Under the pieces are notes generated by a model. The model was not told the origin of the DNA. It was given only the letters and a program-made list of their open reading frames with translations, and made no database searches. Position numbers and translations under genes: made by a program. A stretch of DNA of 63,118 nucleotides, the filler included, from Octopus bimaculoides (Eukaryota), in NCBI RefSeq assembly GCF_001194135.2. It is 5 parts of 5 records of this genome, joined end to end, with 100 filler letters (N's around TTAATTAATTAA, not from the genome) between each part and the next. Parts side by side here need not be neighbours in the genome. Positions count along the whole stretch, not along the records: positions 1 to 15,258 come from NC_068987.1; 4 more parts are not named here. One strand, 5' to 3'. Each line of letters starts with the position of its first letter. The stretch's first letter is position 1. Shown here one piece after another: positions 1 to 13,538 of this stretch.

Positions 1-257
1 TTTGTATGTGTGTGAGTGTACAAATGTATATTTGTATGTGTGTGAGTGTACAAATGTATATTTGTATGTGTGTGAGTGTACAAATGTATATTTGTATGTG
101 TGTGAGTGTACAAATGTATATTTGTATGTGTGTGAGTGTACTAATGTATATTTGTATGTGTGTGAGTGTACAAATGTATATTTGTCCGTGTGTGATTGAA
201 CAGATGTGTATTTGTACGTGTGTGATTGAACAGATGTGTATTTGTACGTGTGTGATT
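1..257. repeat. 30-bp minisatellite (tttgtatgtgtgtgagtgtacaaatgtata)n
   Basis: About 6 near-perfect units, then variant units; degenerate continuation at 485-700 after a SINE. Confidence 0.95.
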
Positions 258-834
258 GTGAGCTGGCAGAATCGTTAGCGCGCCGGGCTAAACGCTTAGT
301 GGTATTTTGTCTGCCGTTACGTTCTGAGTTCAAATTCCGCTGAGGTCGACTTTGCCTTTCATCCTTTCGGGGTCGATAAATCAAGTACCAGTTATGCACC
401 AGGGTCGATGTAATCAACTTAATCCCCTTGTCTGTCCTTGTTTGTCCCCTCTATGTTTAGCTCCTTGTGGGCAATAAAGAAATAGGATGTGTATTTGTAT
501 GCGTGAGATTGTGGAGATGTATATTTGTGCGTGTGTAATTGTACAGGTGTGTATTGTACATTGTATATTTGTATGTGTATTTGTACAAATGTATGTTTGT
601 ACCGGTGTCATTGTTCAAATGTATATTTGTACATGTATGATGGTTCAAATATATCTCTTTACAAGTGTAAGTATATTTGTATGTGCGTGAATAAACAAAC
701 ATATACGTTGGTGTGTAAATGAATACAAATTAAAATTAAGATGATGCCTTTTTCTTTTTTGTATGCATGTAATTATCTGTACTTAAGTATATTTTCCATT
801 GAATGCTTCTATTCAATTCTGTATTCATTTACAG

Positions 835-970
835 GTGCTGTTTCTTGCCTATTTCCTGGCCGTGATCTGGGTAGCTGCCAGCTCCCTTGCAGTAATGCCA
901 TTATTGGTCAGCACATTCATTCTCTCCACTGACTTCAAGAAGGGAGACTGCATTGAACTTAAGTATTATG
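835..970 (+). CDS. M6: M6-like exon (TM3 and start of EC2)
   Basis: tttacag|GTG ... TATG|gtaagt; phase 0 to 1. Confidence 0.88.
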
Positions 971-3900
971 GTAAGTCTCTCTTTCTGTGTAATTTTGCAT
1001 TCTGATTCCCATGACTTAGTTTCTGAAATAACTCCTGAATGTCTATGTAAGAAACTTATCAGCCATCAGTTCTAATTCTGACATAAGACCACATATAAAG
1101 TTGGTTCAGTCAACTCCAGTACCATGACTATGGAAGTGAATGGGTAGAGTTATAAGAGCATCAGCTGTATGCTTTGTGATATTTGTTCCAACTCACTATG
1201 CACTGAATTCAAATCCCACCAAACTAACTCTGTTATTCATTTTTTTAGAGCCATTAGAAAAGTCCCAATCTAGGATGGTGGATTAATAGAATTATTAGGG
1301 GGTTTGGACAAGATATCTTTTGCTATTTTTTCCAAGATGTTTACATTCCTACAGTAATGCTTGCAATGTCACTAATCACAGTAAACCATTCTATATGCTG
1401 CCTACTTCACTCAAATATAATAATTCATTATATCCTCAAATATAATAATTCATAATTGCCCCCACTGAACACTTACATTACTTAGCCTTTCTCATTTCTA
1501 TCAGTCCAAACTGACTCTGCTTATTATTATCTAGCTAAAGAAGATTCAGCTTTAAACATTCCTTGTTAAGGATTTTACTGCCATATACAATATTGTGTTT
1601 AAAAAGACAAACCATTTTCATAATCTAAAATACTTGTCCTCTTCTAATCATTTTTTTTCCTTCTTTCAGGTCTCAACAAAACTATTTGTGAGCCAGAACT
1701 GGAGATGTTCCTGAAAGATGTAAGTAAAATTTTCCTTCAAAAACCATATTTACATCTCTAAAACATTCATCACTATATATTTTTAACACAAATATAGAAT
1801 CACTTGCCCGTTTGATTTTATGCAAGCGTGACCATCTACATTGGTCAGCCATTTTTGTCAGTAGTTTGATACACTGATACGAAGTCCATCAGAAGTACCA
1901 TTGCTGTTTGTTGATGACAGACTTACTCCATCAACCTGGTTTAACCCATTCACTGCAAGATTAAATTTCCTGGTTATTCCAGTAATGATATTTAATATCT
2001 ACCAAAAATAGAATTAGTATTTTCTGTGAGTCACATTGCTTCAATAAATTTGACATGTCTCAATGAAAAACAGTTTTAAGCATGACATTCCTCAACAAAA
2101 GATAGATTGGTACATAAAACTACTTTCTGTAGTTAAGGGTAATGAAATTTTGAATGGATATATCTGATTCCTACATAAAAGGATTAACATCACCACACAA
2201 TCTTCCATACCTTCAGCAGTATCAATTCTGTTGTGAGTATTTGGGGTAGATCTGTAGTTTGAGAATATCTTTTTCCTTGCCTCCCATCAATCTTGCAGTA
2301 CTTGTCATTCACCTAGAATGAACTGTGCTGATTCTAGCCCGTGAAACCTAAGTATCTCAAACAAAAGCTGACCATGCCTATCGGTCACAGATGTCTGACG
2401 CATGGGTCAACGATCAGTCATAATTCTAACTGTGGACAACTTACACAAGAGTAGATATCAATTCAAGTATTCATTTTTAAGTTGATCATAGTAAACCATG
2501 TTATCAGCTGCCTACCTCACTATATATATATACCATCCAAAATGTAGTGACAGGAGAGCCTCAAAAAGCTCTAGCACGGCTGTACCATGGATGAGTTTGG
2601 TTTGTGAACTGAACAACAGAGCCTTGACCAAACAAACAAAGACATCTTTTATACATAAGTTACTAGAGAAAATCATTGTAGTGAAGGTGAGAAACTTCAA
2701 AGTGTGACACAAAATCTAGATCACTAAAATGGACTCAATGAAGGCAAAAATTGGTTACATACTTTGAACTTGTCCTAAGTCTGCTCTTCTCATGAGCCAC
2801 ATCTCACATACGCTCGACACAATAGTCATCATCATCATTTAACGTCCATTGTCCATTCTGGCATGGATTGGATGGTTTGAACAAGGTTGGTAAGCTGGAA
2901 GGCTGCACCAGACTCCAGTCTGATTTGGCATGGTTTACTATAGCTGGATGTCCTTTCTAACACCAATCACTTCATGAGCGTAATGGATGCTTTTACATGC
3001 CACCAGCATGGGTGCCATTTGCATGACACCAGTATCTGTCAGGATTGCAATTTTGCTCATCTTGAGGAGTCTTCTTCTCAAGCATGACATAACACCAAAG
3101 GTTTCAGTCATTGCCTCTGTGAGGCCCAACACTCAAAAGGAACTCAGCCACTTTGCATCTGTGAGACCCAACGCTTAAAAGGAACTCTGCCATTTTGCCT
3201 CTGTGAGAGCCCAATGCTTGAAAGGAACTCAACCACTTTGCCTCTGTGAGGGCCCAATGCTTGAAAGGAACTCAACCACTTTGCCTCTGCGAGGCCCAAT
3301 GCTTGAACAGTGCACCTTATGTGTCACCAGCATGGGTGCCAGTTACATGACACCAACATCAGCCTTGACTATGATTTCACTTGGCTTGATGGGTCTTCTC
3401 AAATACAGCATATTACTAAGGGTCTTGGTCACAAGTCATTGCCTCTGTGAGGCACATGATCATGCTTGACCATGTCTTCCTGGGTCTACCTCTACCACAA
3501 GTTCCCTCCTCAGTTAGAGATCAGCACTTCTTTACACAGCTGTCCTTGTCCGTACACATCACATGACCATACCAGTGCAGTCATTTCTCTTGCATACCAC
3601 ATGACCATACCAGTGCAGTCATTTCTCTTGCATACCACATCTGATGCCTCTTATGCCTAACTTTTCTCTCAAAATGCTTACACTCTGTCGACCATGCACA
3701 CTGACATTGCATATCCAGTAAAGCATACTGGTTTCATTTCTTTCAAGCCTACACATATCCTCGGCTGTCACAGCTCATCTTTCATGGCCATGTAGCATGG
3801 CTGTTCATACACAGGCATCATACAATATCTTTCACTCTGAGAGAGAGGCCCTTTGTTTCCAACAGAAGTAGGAGCTCGCTGAACTTTGCCTAGCCTAATC

Positions 3901-6900
3901 TTATTCTCACAGCTACACTCTCGGAGCACCCCATTCCACTACTAACTTGGTCACCTAGATAACAGATACTATCTACTACCTATAGCTTGTTCTCCTGGCA
4001 GTTTTTGTTTCTTATTTTCAATTTTTCTTTGCATTATCATTTTATATCTCATTTTTAAACCAAAACACCATGTCCTGGTGTGTTATAAGAGGTGATTAAA
4101 TGGATTGGCATCAGGAAGAGCATTTAGGTGTAAAACATTGCCAAAATAAGTCTTATCTAATCCATGCCAGCATGGAAGAGCATATGTAAACATTATGATG
4201 GTGATGATAATTGAGGCAAGCATATGATTCTGGGTTCAATTCTATTCTAGTACCTTGGACAGTATGTGTTTTCTTCTAGGTTCACCAAAACTTTGTGAGT
4301 GGAACTTGCTGGGTATAAACTGCAAAACCCCATTAGATGTGTGTACACACATATACATATATACAGAATAGATTGAAGAATTAGTGGTGCATCAGACAAT
4401 TTCCTGGTGATATTTGATTATATTCCTTTACATTCTTGTTATATCTTTTTACCAGGCAAAGCCCTAGGGTTGATACATTCAAGCAAAACCCTTTTGAAGA
4501 TAGTGCTGTAATATGACCACAGTCCAATGACTAATGAAACCAATTAAAACGATACAATTGATCTTGATGCTGATAATTACGATAATGCCTTAAAATCTTA
4601 TGGAGTTTTTTTTTGTTTTCTTTTTTAAATTCTCCCAATTATTTTACTTATTTATCCCATTTTCACTCTATTTTCAGGGTAAAGAGCTGTTCACTTGCTA
4701 TATCTTTACCTATGTATCAGCAGTGCTGGTGACTATCAGCATGGTAAGTATCTCATAGTTTCTAATTCATATCCCTTCATATTAACTTCAAGTTTTGGAG
4801 GAGGAGCTAAATCAATTAAATCAACTCCAGTAGTCAACTGGTACTTATTTTTCGACCCCAAAGGGATAAAAGACAAAGTCGACCTCAGCAGAATTTGAAC
4901 TCAACATAAAGATGGATGAAATGCTGCTAAGCATTTTGCTCAGCATGCTTATATATATCCCTTCATATATCCTTTTGCTGCCTTTATATATGTCTTAATA
5001 TTATATAAATCCCTTCACTACCTAATATATCCCTTCATATTAAAATCAAGACAGTATTCCATAGTATCTGCAGTTCTTGTGGATGCTTCCAGAGAATCTA
5101 ATAATGCATATAACTGTGGAAGGAAAGACTAGTAAATAAATATATCACAGATGAAATATTTGAAGACAGGAAAAGAGCAGAAAGTTTAGCAACAGTTTCA
5201 GTGCCCAGTAGAAATACTTTGACTCTGTGTTGAATTTGGACTAACCAAAAAGATTAAAGGGTCACGAGGATATAAGTAGCCCAGTGGGTTTTTTTTCCCT
5301 TACTTGGATTCTTTGTGTTGCTTGACTGATTTGAGAATTAACACAGAGAACAGAATATGCAAGACTACATAACTTGGTGGAAAGATTTGATAAAGACACG
5401 AAATAAGAATAATCATTTAAATACTAATCTATCAATTTTAAAATTTCATTTCTCTCACGATTATCGAGCTTTGTTAGTTAAGATATTATTTTAATTGATG
5501 TATGATTAAGAAGCTTACTTTTGAAATCATATTTCCAAATTCATATTTCCAAATTCATTTCCATTGTGCATCATCTTAGTCAACTAGCCTCTTTCATAGA
5601 TCCAGGGTAACTAATGCCTTGTGAATAAAAATTCAGTTGATGAGAAGTGTACAGAGGTGTGTTTAATAAGTATGTGTGTGTTTCATAAGTGTGTATGTGT
5701 GTGTGTCACTAGTGTAGTGATGGGGTGGTTCTCCCCAGGTGGCACTTTTAAGGAAGCACCACTTTTAGGTCTGCTGTAGGCAATATGTGCTTTTTGTGGG
5801 TCCACGGGCTAAAAATGGAAGGGCCAACCCAGGTGGTATACACTCTATCTATGCTAGTGGTGTGCGTGTTTCATAAGTGTGTGTTGCTTAATGTTGAATG
5901 AATGAGAAAGGAATTCTCAATAGATATAGAAGATATGGATATGTTTTTATTGAAACTGAAGCTGAGTGTTTGTCTCATGAGTAAAGTTTCATACCACTGC
6001 AATCTTCAAGTAAAGCATATGCATGATAAAGTCTATAGCTTGATTACAAAGTTTTGTTGATTTTAGTAGTAGATGTTTTCTAACAGATGAGAAGTTGAGT
6101 ATACCATACATACAAACAAACAATTAATATGAGGAAAAGCAGAATTCAAATCAATGCTAGAAACATTTCAGTAAATGAATATTTTTTTTATTCTATACCT
6201 TGTATATGGATATATAATGCAACATATGTAATATATGCGATAAAATGAAATAAAATGATTAGGTAAGGTAGCAGAATTGGTAGGACGCTGGACAAAATGC
6301 TTAGTGGTATTTCATCAGTCTTTATGTTCTGAGTTCAAATTCTGTCAAGACTTTGCCTTTCATCCTTTTGGGCCCAATAAAATAAGTACCAGTTGACTAC
6401 TGGGTTGATGCAATCAACTTATCTCTACCCCAAATTTGCAGACCTTGTGCCAAAATTTGAAATCATTATTATTATTGTTCTTTCATTTTGTCAGACATCA
6501 TTATTTAATACACAAATGACTTAAAAATGTAATATGCAATGCATATTTGTGTGTGTGTGTGTGTGTGATATGCATGTGTGTGTGTACATTGAGCAGACAT
6601 TATTTTCTATAGCACTAAGCTAACTCATACCTTATAAGTGAAATTGGGTAGAAAAGAATTGCATAGAAGTCCATTGGATGATTTAGACCTGTAATTCCAA
6701 GTTATAACTAAGTCATCCACTGCATAACATTGATTCTTCCTGAGAATTAGTGTCTCAGGAATGCTCTCTTGAATCAAGAGAAAAACCTTCACTCAAATCA
6801 CATTTAAGAGAAAATACTCTGCTTAGCATTAACCATAGTCATGGAAACTAGTAATATTATTTATCTACTACAGTAAATATAATCCTTCCACGCTGCCTAC

Positions 6901-7160
6901 TGAATACTCTTATTTTGTGAAACCCTCTATAGATGGGTATATGGATGTAATATGTATATAGTTGCTAGAAATAGTGGCTAAAACTCCCTCAAATCACACC
7001 ATACCACTTTTTATTGTTATTTCTATTATTTGGCTTATATTTCCCATCCAAGCCTAACATGGCTTTGACGTCTCATGTCATACAACACTGGACACTAGAG
7101 TGGTATGTGGAACTCTACTGCACCTGATCTTTCTTTACGTGTCACATTTCACAATGCCTG

Positions 7161-7198
<38 letters not shown>

Positions 7199-7606
7199 AT
7201 ACATACATATATATACATACATAATATATATATACATTACATATATATACATAAAAGGCAGCGAGCTGGCAGAATCGTTAGCACGCCAGGCGAAATGCTT
7301 AACGGTATTTCGTCTGTCTTTGTGTTCAGAGTTCAAATTCCGCTGAGGTCGACTTTGCCTTTCATCCTTTCGGGGTCGATTAAATAAGTACCAGTTACGC
7401 ACCGGGGTCAATGTAATCAACTTAGTCCCTTTGTCTGTCCTTGTTTGTCCCCTCTGTGTTTAGCCCCTTGTGGGCAATAAAGAATTAATATATATATAAT
7501 ATATACTTTTGTTATTTACACCACCTGTCCTCGTCTGTTGTTATTATTTGTATATTCTCCTATATATATATATATATATACATATATATATACATACATA
7601 CATACA

Positions 7607-7637
<31 letters not shown>

Positions 7638-8000
7638 TTCTATCTTCCTCCTCTTCCCTTTCCTTTATCATGACTTCTTGGATATATATACATTCCTCCT
7701 GGTATACACTTTTCTCTTGCATATTGAAGATGTGTGTCTATACTGATACACAAGCACTGCATTCATGAAAATGTGTGCACTTGCGCCAGTGTTAGAAATG
7801 CATAATATCATTGTTTTGTTTTGTTTTTTTTTTGTTGTTTTTTACTAATTATTTCTTATTCCCTCTTTCAGATTCACTTTTTGATTGCGGTCAGTGCTAA
7901 TTACACACACTTGAAGGATTCTAGATTCGCTACATACAATGCTTACGAGACGGAGGATGTACGAAACTCCAAGCATTCGATACTAGACACCAACATGTGA
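835..8000 (+). CDS. M6: PLP/DM20/M6-family proteolipid (neuronal membrane glycoprotein M6-like), 3' part; exons 835-970, 1670-1719, 4678-4743, 7872-8000
   Basis: The four GT-AG exons join in frame (381 nt, 126 aa + TGA): VLFLAYFLAVIWVAASSLAVMPLLVSTFILSTDFKKGDCIELKYYGLNKTICEPELEMFLKDGKELFTCYIFTYVSAVLVTISMIHFLIAVSANYTHLKD...TNM*. It matches the TM3-EC2-TM4 layout and the 'HYLMVLSANWAYVKD'-type motif of M6a/M6b as recalled. The 5' exons lie before the window. Confidence 0.88.
1670..1719 (+). CDS. M6: M6-like exon (GLNKTICEPELEMFLKD)
   Basis: ttctttcag|GT ... GAT|gtaagt; phase 1 to 0. Confidence 0.85.
2826..3870 (-). mobile_element. RTE-clade LINE 3' end (decayed RT C-terminus, 3'UTR, (GAT)n tail)
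   Basis: The minus strand carries decayed RTE-type C-terminal coding sequence homologous to 39951-40843, followed by the shared 3'UTR ending ggacgttaaatgatgatg. Confidence 0.8.
4678..4743 (+). CDS. M6: M6-like exon (GKELFTCYIFTYVSAVLVTISM, TM4)
   Basis: ttttcag|GGT ... ATG|gtaagt; phase 0 to 0. Confidence 0.88.
5707..5859. mobile_element. hAT-like MITE
   Basis: Ends CACTAGTGTAG / CTATGCTAGTG; 8-bp flanks gtgtgtgt / gtgtgcgt. The internal tctgctgtaggcaatatg...aaaatggaagggcc recurs at ~34390-34505. Confidence 0.55.
7257..7484 (+). mobile_element. tRNA-derived SINE, family A
   Basis: A-box-like agctggcagaatcgttagc; B-box gagttcaaattcc; body gactttgcctttcatcctttcggggtcgataaa; tail gcccttgtgggcaataaagaa. 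Copies at 258-484, 17932-18140, 50146-50374, 11990-12210, 42220-42410, 47340-47540(-) and 52046-52560 (composite). Confidence 0.85.
7872..8000 (+). CDS. M6: M6-like last coding exon (IHFLIAVSANYTHLKD...TNM*)
   Basis: ctctttcag|ATT ... TGA; AATAAA candidates at ~8091. Confidence 0.9.
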   Translation: MHFLIAVSANYTHLKDSRFATYNAYETEDVRNSKHSILDTNM

Positions 8001-8327
8001 GCAAGCTGACAACTTGCTGTACCATCATTTGCATTAAATGACAGAGAAGAGAAGAGAGAAACGGAAAACAAACAAACACAAAAATCAATCAATAAATAAA
8101 ATTAAACTAGAAAGATGAGACGAGAAAGAAAAAAAAAATAAAATGATAAATAAAATTTTAAAGAAATGAAAGAACATTACAATTATGATTAATATTATTA
8201 TTATAATTATTATATCTACCTATCTATCTATGTGTATGTATCAATGTGTGTGTGTATATATGTGTATGTATATATTTGTGTGTGTATAAATTATATACAT
8301 AAATGCATATATACGTGTATATATATG

Positions 8328-8381
<54 letters not shown>

Positions 8382-11229
8382 NNNNNNNNNNNNNNNNNNN
8401 NNNNNNNNNNNNNNNNNNNNNNNNNNNNNNNNNNNNNNNNNNNNNNNNNNNNNNNNNNNNNNNNNNNNNNNNNNNNNNNNNNNNNNNNNNNNNNNNNNNN
8501 NNNNNNNNNNNNNNNNNNNNNNNNNNNNNNNNNNNNNNNNNNNNNNNNNNNNNNNNNNNNNNNNNNNNNNNNNNNNNNNNNNNNNNNNNNNNNNNNNNNN
8601 NNNNNNNNNNNNNNNNNNNNNNNNNNNNNNNNNNNNNNNNNNNNNNNNNNNNNNNNNNNNNNNNNNNNNNNNNNNNNNNNNNNNNNNNNNNNNNNNNNNN
8701 NNNNNNNNNNNNNNNNNNNNNNNNNNNNNNNNNNNNNNNNNNNNNNNNNNNNNNNNNNNNNNNNNNNNNNNNNNNNNNNNNNNNNNNNNNNNNNNNNNNN
8801 NNNNNNNNNNNNNNNNNNNNNNNNNNNNNNNNNNNNNNNNNNNNNNNNNNNNNNNNNNNNNNNNNNNNNNNNNNNNNNNNNNNNNNNNNNNNNNNNNNNN
8901 NNNNNNNNNNNNNNNNNNNNNNNNNNNNNNNNNNNNNNNNNNNNNNNNNNNNNNNNNNNNNNNNNNNNNNNNNNNNNNNNNNNNNNNNNNNNNNNNNNNN
9001 NNNNNNNNNNNNNNNNNNNNNNNNNNNNNNNNNNNNNNNNNNNNNNNNNNNNNNNNNNNNNNNNNNNNNNNNNNNNNNNNNNNNNNNNNNNNNNNNNNNN
9101 NNNNNNNNNNNNNNNNNNNNNNNNNNNNNNNNNNNNNNNNNNNNNNNNNNNNNNNNNNNNNNNNNNNNNNNNNNNNNNNNNNNNNNNNNNNNNNNNNNNN
9201 NNNNNNNNNNNNNNNNNNNNNNNNNNNNNNNNNNNNNNNNNNNNNNNNNNNNNNNNNNNNNNNCTTTTTTTTTTTTTATCAAACAGTAAATATTATGTAA
9301 GTGGAAAATAAAATAGATAAATAATAAAAGAAATCGTATCTTTTTCTTCTTTTTAGAAAGTGCATAGTAATATTAATAAAAAAACAGTGGCATTAATAAT
9401 AATAATGATAATACTAACTAATAATAATAGAAAGCAATTGCATAATTATATATATAAGACCATCCATTATTGCCGACTAATAATCTGATTTGATACAGTA
9501 TGAAAAATAATACAATAATAGTGATTGCAATAATAAGAAAAGGGCGCAGATGTAAGCAAGAAATAAGGACAGCAGCAGCAACAACAACATTAACAAATAA
9601 ATGCTTCAACATTGTCTAAGGATGAGGAAAATGAGAAGAAAGAGAACTCTTTTTGAAAAGAAAGAGCAAGTCATTATATCTGAACACATTCTCTCTCTGT
9701 CTTTCTCTCCTTACTGTAGGGTCTCTTGATCCTTGAGTAGAATCCACCCTGTTTTAAGCATTTGTGGTAGGACTCTACTACTTTCTTCTCATCAGTTTCA
9801 GAGGCCTTGGAAAGGGCTATGGGTTATGAATGTTCCTTTTCTTAACCATTTAAAAAAAAAAAATTTTCTGTCATTCTCTACAGCCATATTTTATACATAT
9901 TCAGACTAAATCTAGGATCTGTTTTCTTCCTATCTCCAACACCTTGAATCTAATATAGGTGAGATAGGATTTACGGAGAGATTACCTTTTATTGATTACA
10001 TTAATGCAAGCTATGACAAAATCTAGCTGAAACAAAAGAAAAACACACAGTGATAAATCAGTGTTGTGTCATTCATGACTATCAAAACATAAAATTAATG
10101 AGGTGATGGACTGAATAGTGCAAGTAAAAATTTCTTAATTGGAATTTTTCTTTAGTTGGGAAAACAAAAGAAAACATGACAACAACTGTTAGTAACTCTA
10201 AAAGAAAAGGGGAGATAATTCCAAAAAATTAAGAATTAGTCTCTCAAAGCTAATATACATACCTAGAATAAGACACATACTATCACAGAAATATAATCCA
10301 AATATTAAATGGTATGGGTAAGTTGATTAAATATTTGGGAAAATAATCTAGGGATTACCTTTTAGCAGAAAATTTTTAAATAATGGAGAAGTAGTGAACA
10401 TTATATGTCACCTTGGGTACTATTGACAGCTTTTGATGTCTTTCTATCTTCCAGCTTTTCTCTTTTTTTCAAGCTTTCTCCCTCTGTATGTTTTTTACAT
10501 TTTTCTCTGTTATATGCAGAGGAATCTCTGTATTCACATACATATATACAGACTCTCAAATACAGACATATAACATAGTGGTTGTTGCTGGTGTCCTTAT
10601 GCTATTGGACAGACAGTTGGTGTTGAGATTGATATCAAACACTCAACAGAATAATAATATTAAAGCTTTCCACAGTATTGGGAAATTCATGAATGCTGTA
10701 AATTTGCATTAGCCTTTTCCCTTGAAGATTTGGGACATCATATATAAAGATGTAATAAAGCTTTCATCATAAACTAGTGGAGCAACAAATGGCAATGAAA
10801 CCTAAATTGCTTATATTAGTTTTGTCCAATGTTCAAATTGCACTAAGGTCAACTTTGATATTAACTACTCAAGTTTGATTTATTACATAGCAGTTTTATA
10901 CTAGGGTATTCACTTCAATGAATTAAACCTTAAAACAATAATTAATGTTATTAATGATGGCAGGTTATGTCCAAGATGGTGAAGGTGCTGTATTGTAGCT
11001 AATTTAGTATTTCACAGTTTCAAGTGCAAAAACCTGTCATTATCCATTTTTTTTTATGTATCTTGGGAGTGGTAGTAAGATAGGTACCAATAACAAACTA
11101 GGGTTGAAATAATGATTCAATTATTAGAGCTTAATTATTTATTTTTAATGACTATTATTGTTTTTATCTTCTTAGCCAATCTCTTTCCAGTTTACATCTC
11201 TCACTCTTTCACACATTCTTCTATCTCTC

Positions 11230-11266
<37 letters not shown>

Positions 11267-11270
11267 TCCT

Positions 11271-11372
<102 letters not shown>

Positions 11373-12276
11373 GGAGTATCCTCCTCTCCATTCTTGTCTC
11401 TTCATTTCCTTGAGGAGACTTCTTCTTGATCAATTGTTGTTCTATTAGTGATTTCCTGTGTAAAAATTTTAAAAAGCACCAAAAAAAAATCATTAAAACT
11501 AAGACATTTAAATATTTTACCACTTATGACAGCTATATTTCACACATATGCACACACACACACAAACACATACATACGTACTACACATGCGTGCACATAC
11601 GCATACAAGAAATTGAAATCAATTAAATGATGATGATGATGAGAGTCCATCTTTATGATGCAAATAAAATCATATACTGATGATGCTGATTATGATGAAA
11701 GAGGAACCTCATTATCATCATTATTATTATCAATGATAATATTAATAATAATAATAATAATAATAATATAAATATAAATTTGAGAAAAATAACGAGTGAA
11801 ATTACTTAGACACAAATCTCCACCCTTTGAAAACTGGGAAATATGGTGATTATAACAATGGATAAAAAAATTCAGGAAAAAAAAAAAAAAAAGAATATAT
11901 ATATATATATATATATATAATATGTCATCATTATCATGCATATTTTGGTTATTACAATTATTATTATCATTGTTATTATTATTATCATTAAGGCATTGAG
12001 CTGGCTGAATTGTTAGCACTCTGGACAAAATGCTTAGCAGCATTTCATCCATCTTTACATTTTGAGTTCAAATTTTGCCGAGGTCAACTTTACCTTTCAT
12101 CCTTTAGGGGTCGATGAAATAAGTACCAGTTGAGTACTGGGGTCGATGTAATCGACTATCCCCCTTCCCACCAAGTTTCAGGCCTTGTGCCTATAGTAGA
12201 AAGGATTATTATTATTATCATTAAGCTATGGAATGTTTTTTTACTACTTTTTGTTACAATATTTGTATTATATATA

Positions 12277-12311
<35 letters not shown>

Positions 12312-12559
12312 CACACACACATACACACACATATATATAGTGTTTGATGTCAATGTGCAATATATATGAATATATATTGTTATCAAAGTACAACGGGCTT
12401 ATTGTTGCAATAACCGTGTCTCGAGAAATGATTTATATATCTCTGTCTATCTATCTTTCTATCAATCTCTCTGCTAACAGTGTCCTCTCTCACTCCTTTC
12501 AATGGACTTAACATCTTACTTATGCTCCTCCACCAGTCTATCTTTCTCTAAATACAATA

Positions 12560-12597
<38 letters not shown>

Positions 12598-13309
12598 ATA
12601 CATACATGCAAACATGCTTACACACATATGTATAGACTGAATTTTGCAAATCCTAAAAGAAATATCAAGTCACCTTACCACTGCTGTTCTACTATTCTTT
12701 AATTGAGGACCTACAATCACCCGAAATTTATGTCCCTTTTACCCACTCCAGGTCAGCCATCCTAGCATCAAGAACTTTAAGAATACTACTTCAATTACTA
12801 CTACAGCTATGACTATTACTGCTATAATGTCCATTAAGTTAACAGAATCAATGAAAACAATCATTACTACCATCATCCCTCCCCCACCCTCTTCAAAATT
12901 TTATTGTTACCCTTTGCTCACTTTAATTATAATTATTGTAATGTGGTATCTTTGTTGCCCCTTGTGGCAAATAAAGGAATTATCATTATTATTATTATTT
13001 TTATTATTATTATTATTATTCAATGGAATTTTATAAATTTATTACTTTTTTTTATAAGGTACCAGTCAAATACTGAGGTCGATTTTAATCAACATAATTC
13101 TCATTCATAAAATATCGTGGCCCTGTACCTACGTAAGAAATCATCATTATTTTTTTATTATTATTTTCATTTTTGGCTCTTTGCATTCTGAGTTCAAATG
13201 CCACCAAAGTCAACTTTATCTTGGGGTCTGATAAAATAAGGTACATGCCTAGTACTGGAGTTGATGCAATCGACTATACTCCTTTCCTCAAAATTGCTGG
13301 CCTTAAGCA

Positions 13310-13348
<39 letters not shown>

Positions 13349-13489
13349 GTATTGGACAAAATGCCTTATAATGTTCAGTTGCAGCCCTTCATGTTCTAAG
13401 TTCAAATACTTCCAGGGTTAAACCTGTTTTTCATCCAAATATTGGATCTTTACAACCAGGTTACATTTGGCACACAAAAATACATACAT

Positions 13490-13538
<49 letters not shown>

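Noticed and set aside
3113-3306. Regularly spaced 42-43-bp repeats resembling a CRISPR array
   Set aside because: No unique spacers, the units are contiguous inside an RTE 3'UTR, the context is eukaryotic and there are no cas genes.
8224-9311. Long ORFs spanning N-runs and (TA)n, also at 32915-33410, 52595-53249, 60652-61112 and 61604-62697
   Set aside because: Artefacts of gaps and stop-free microsatellites (IYIY, HTHT, RERE, XXXX).
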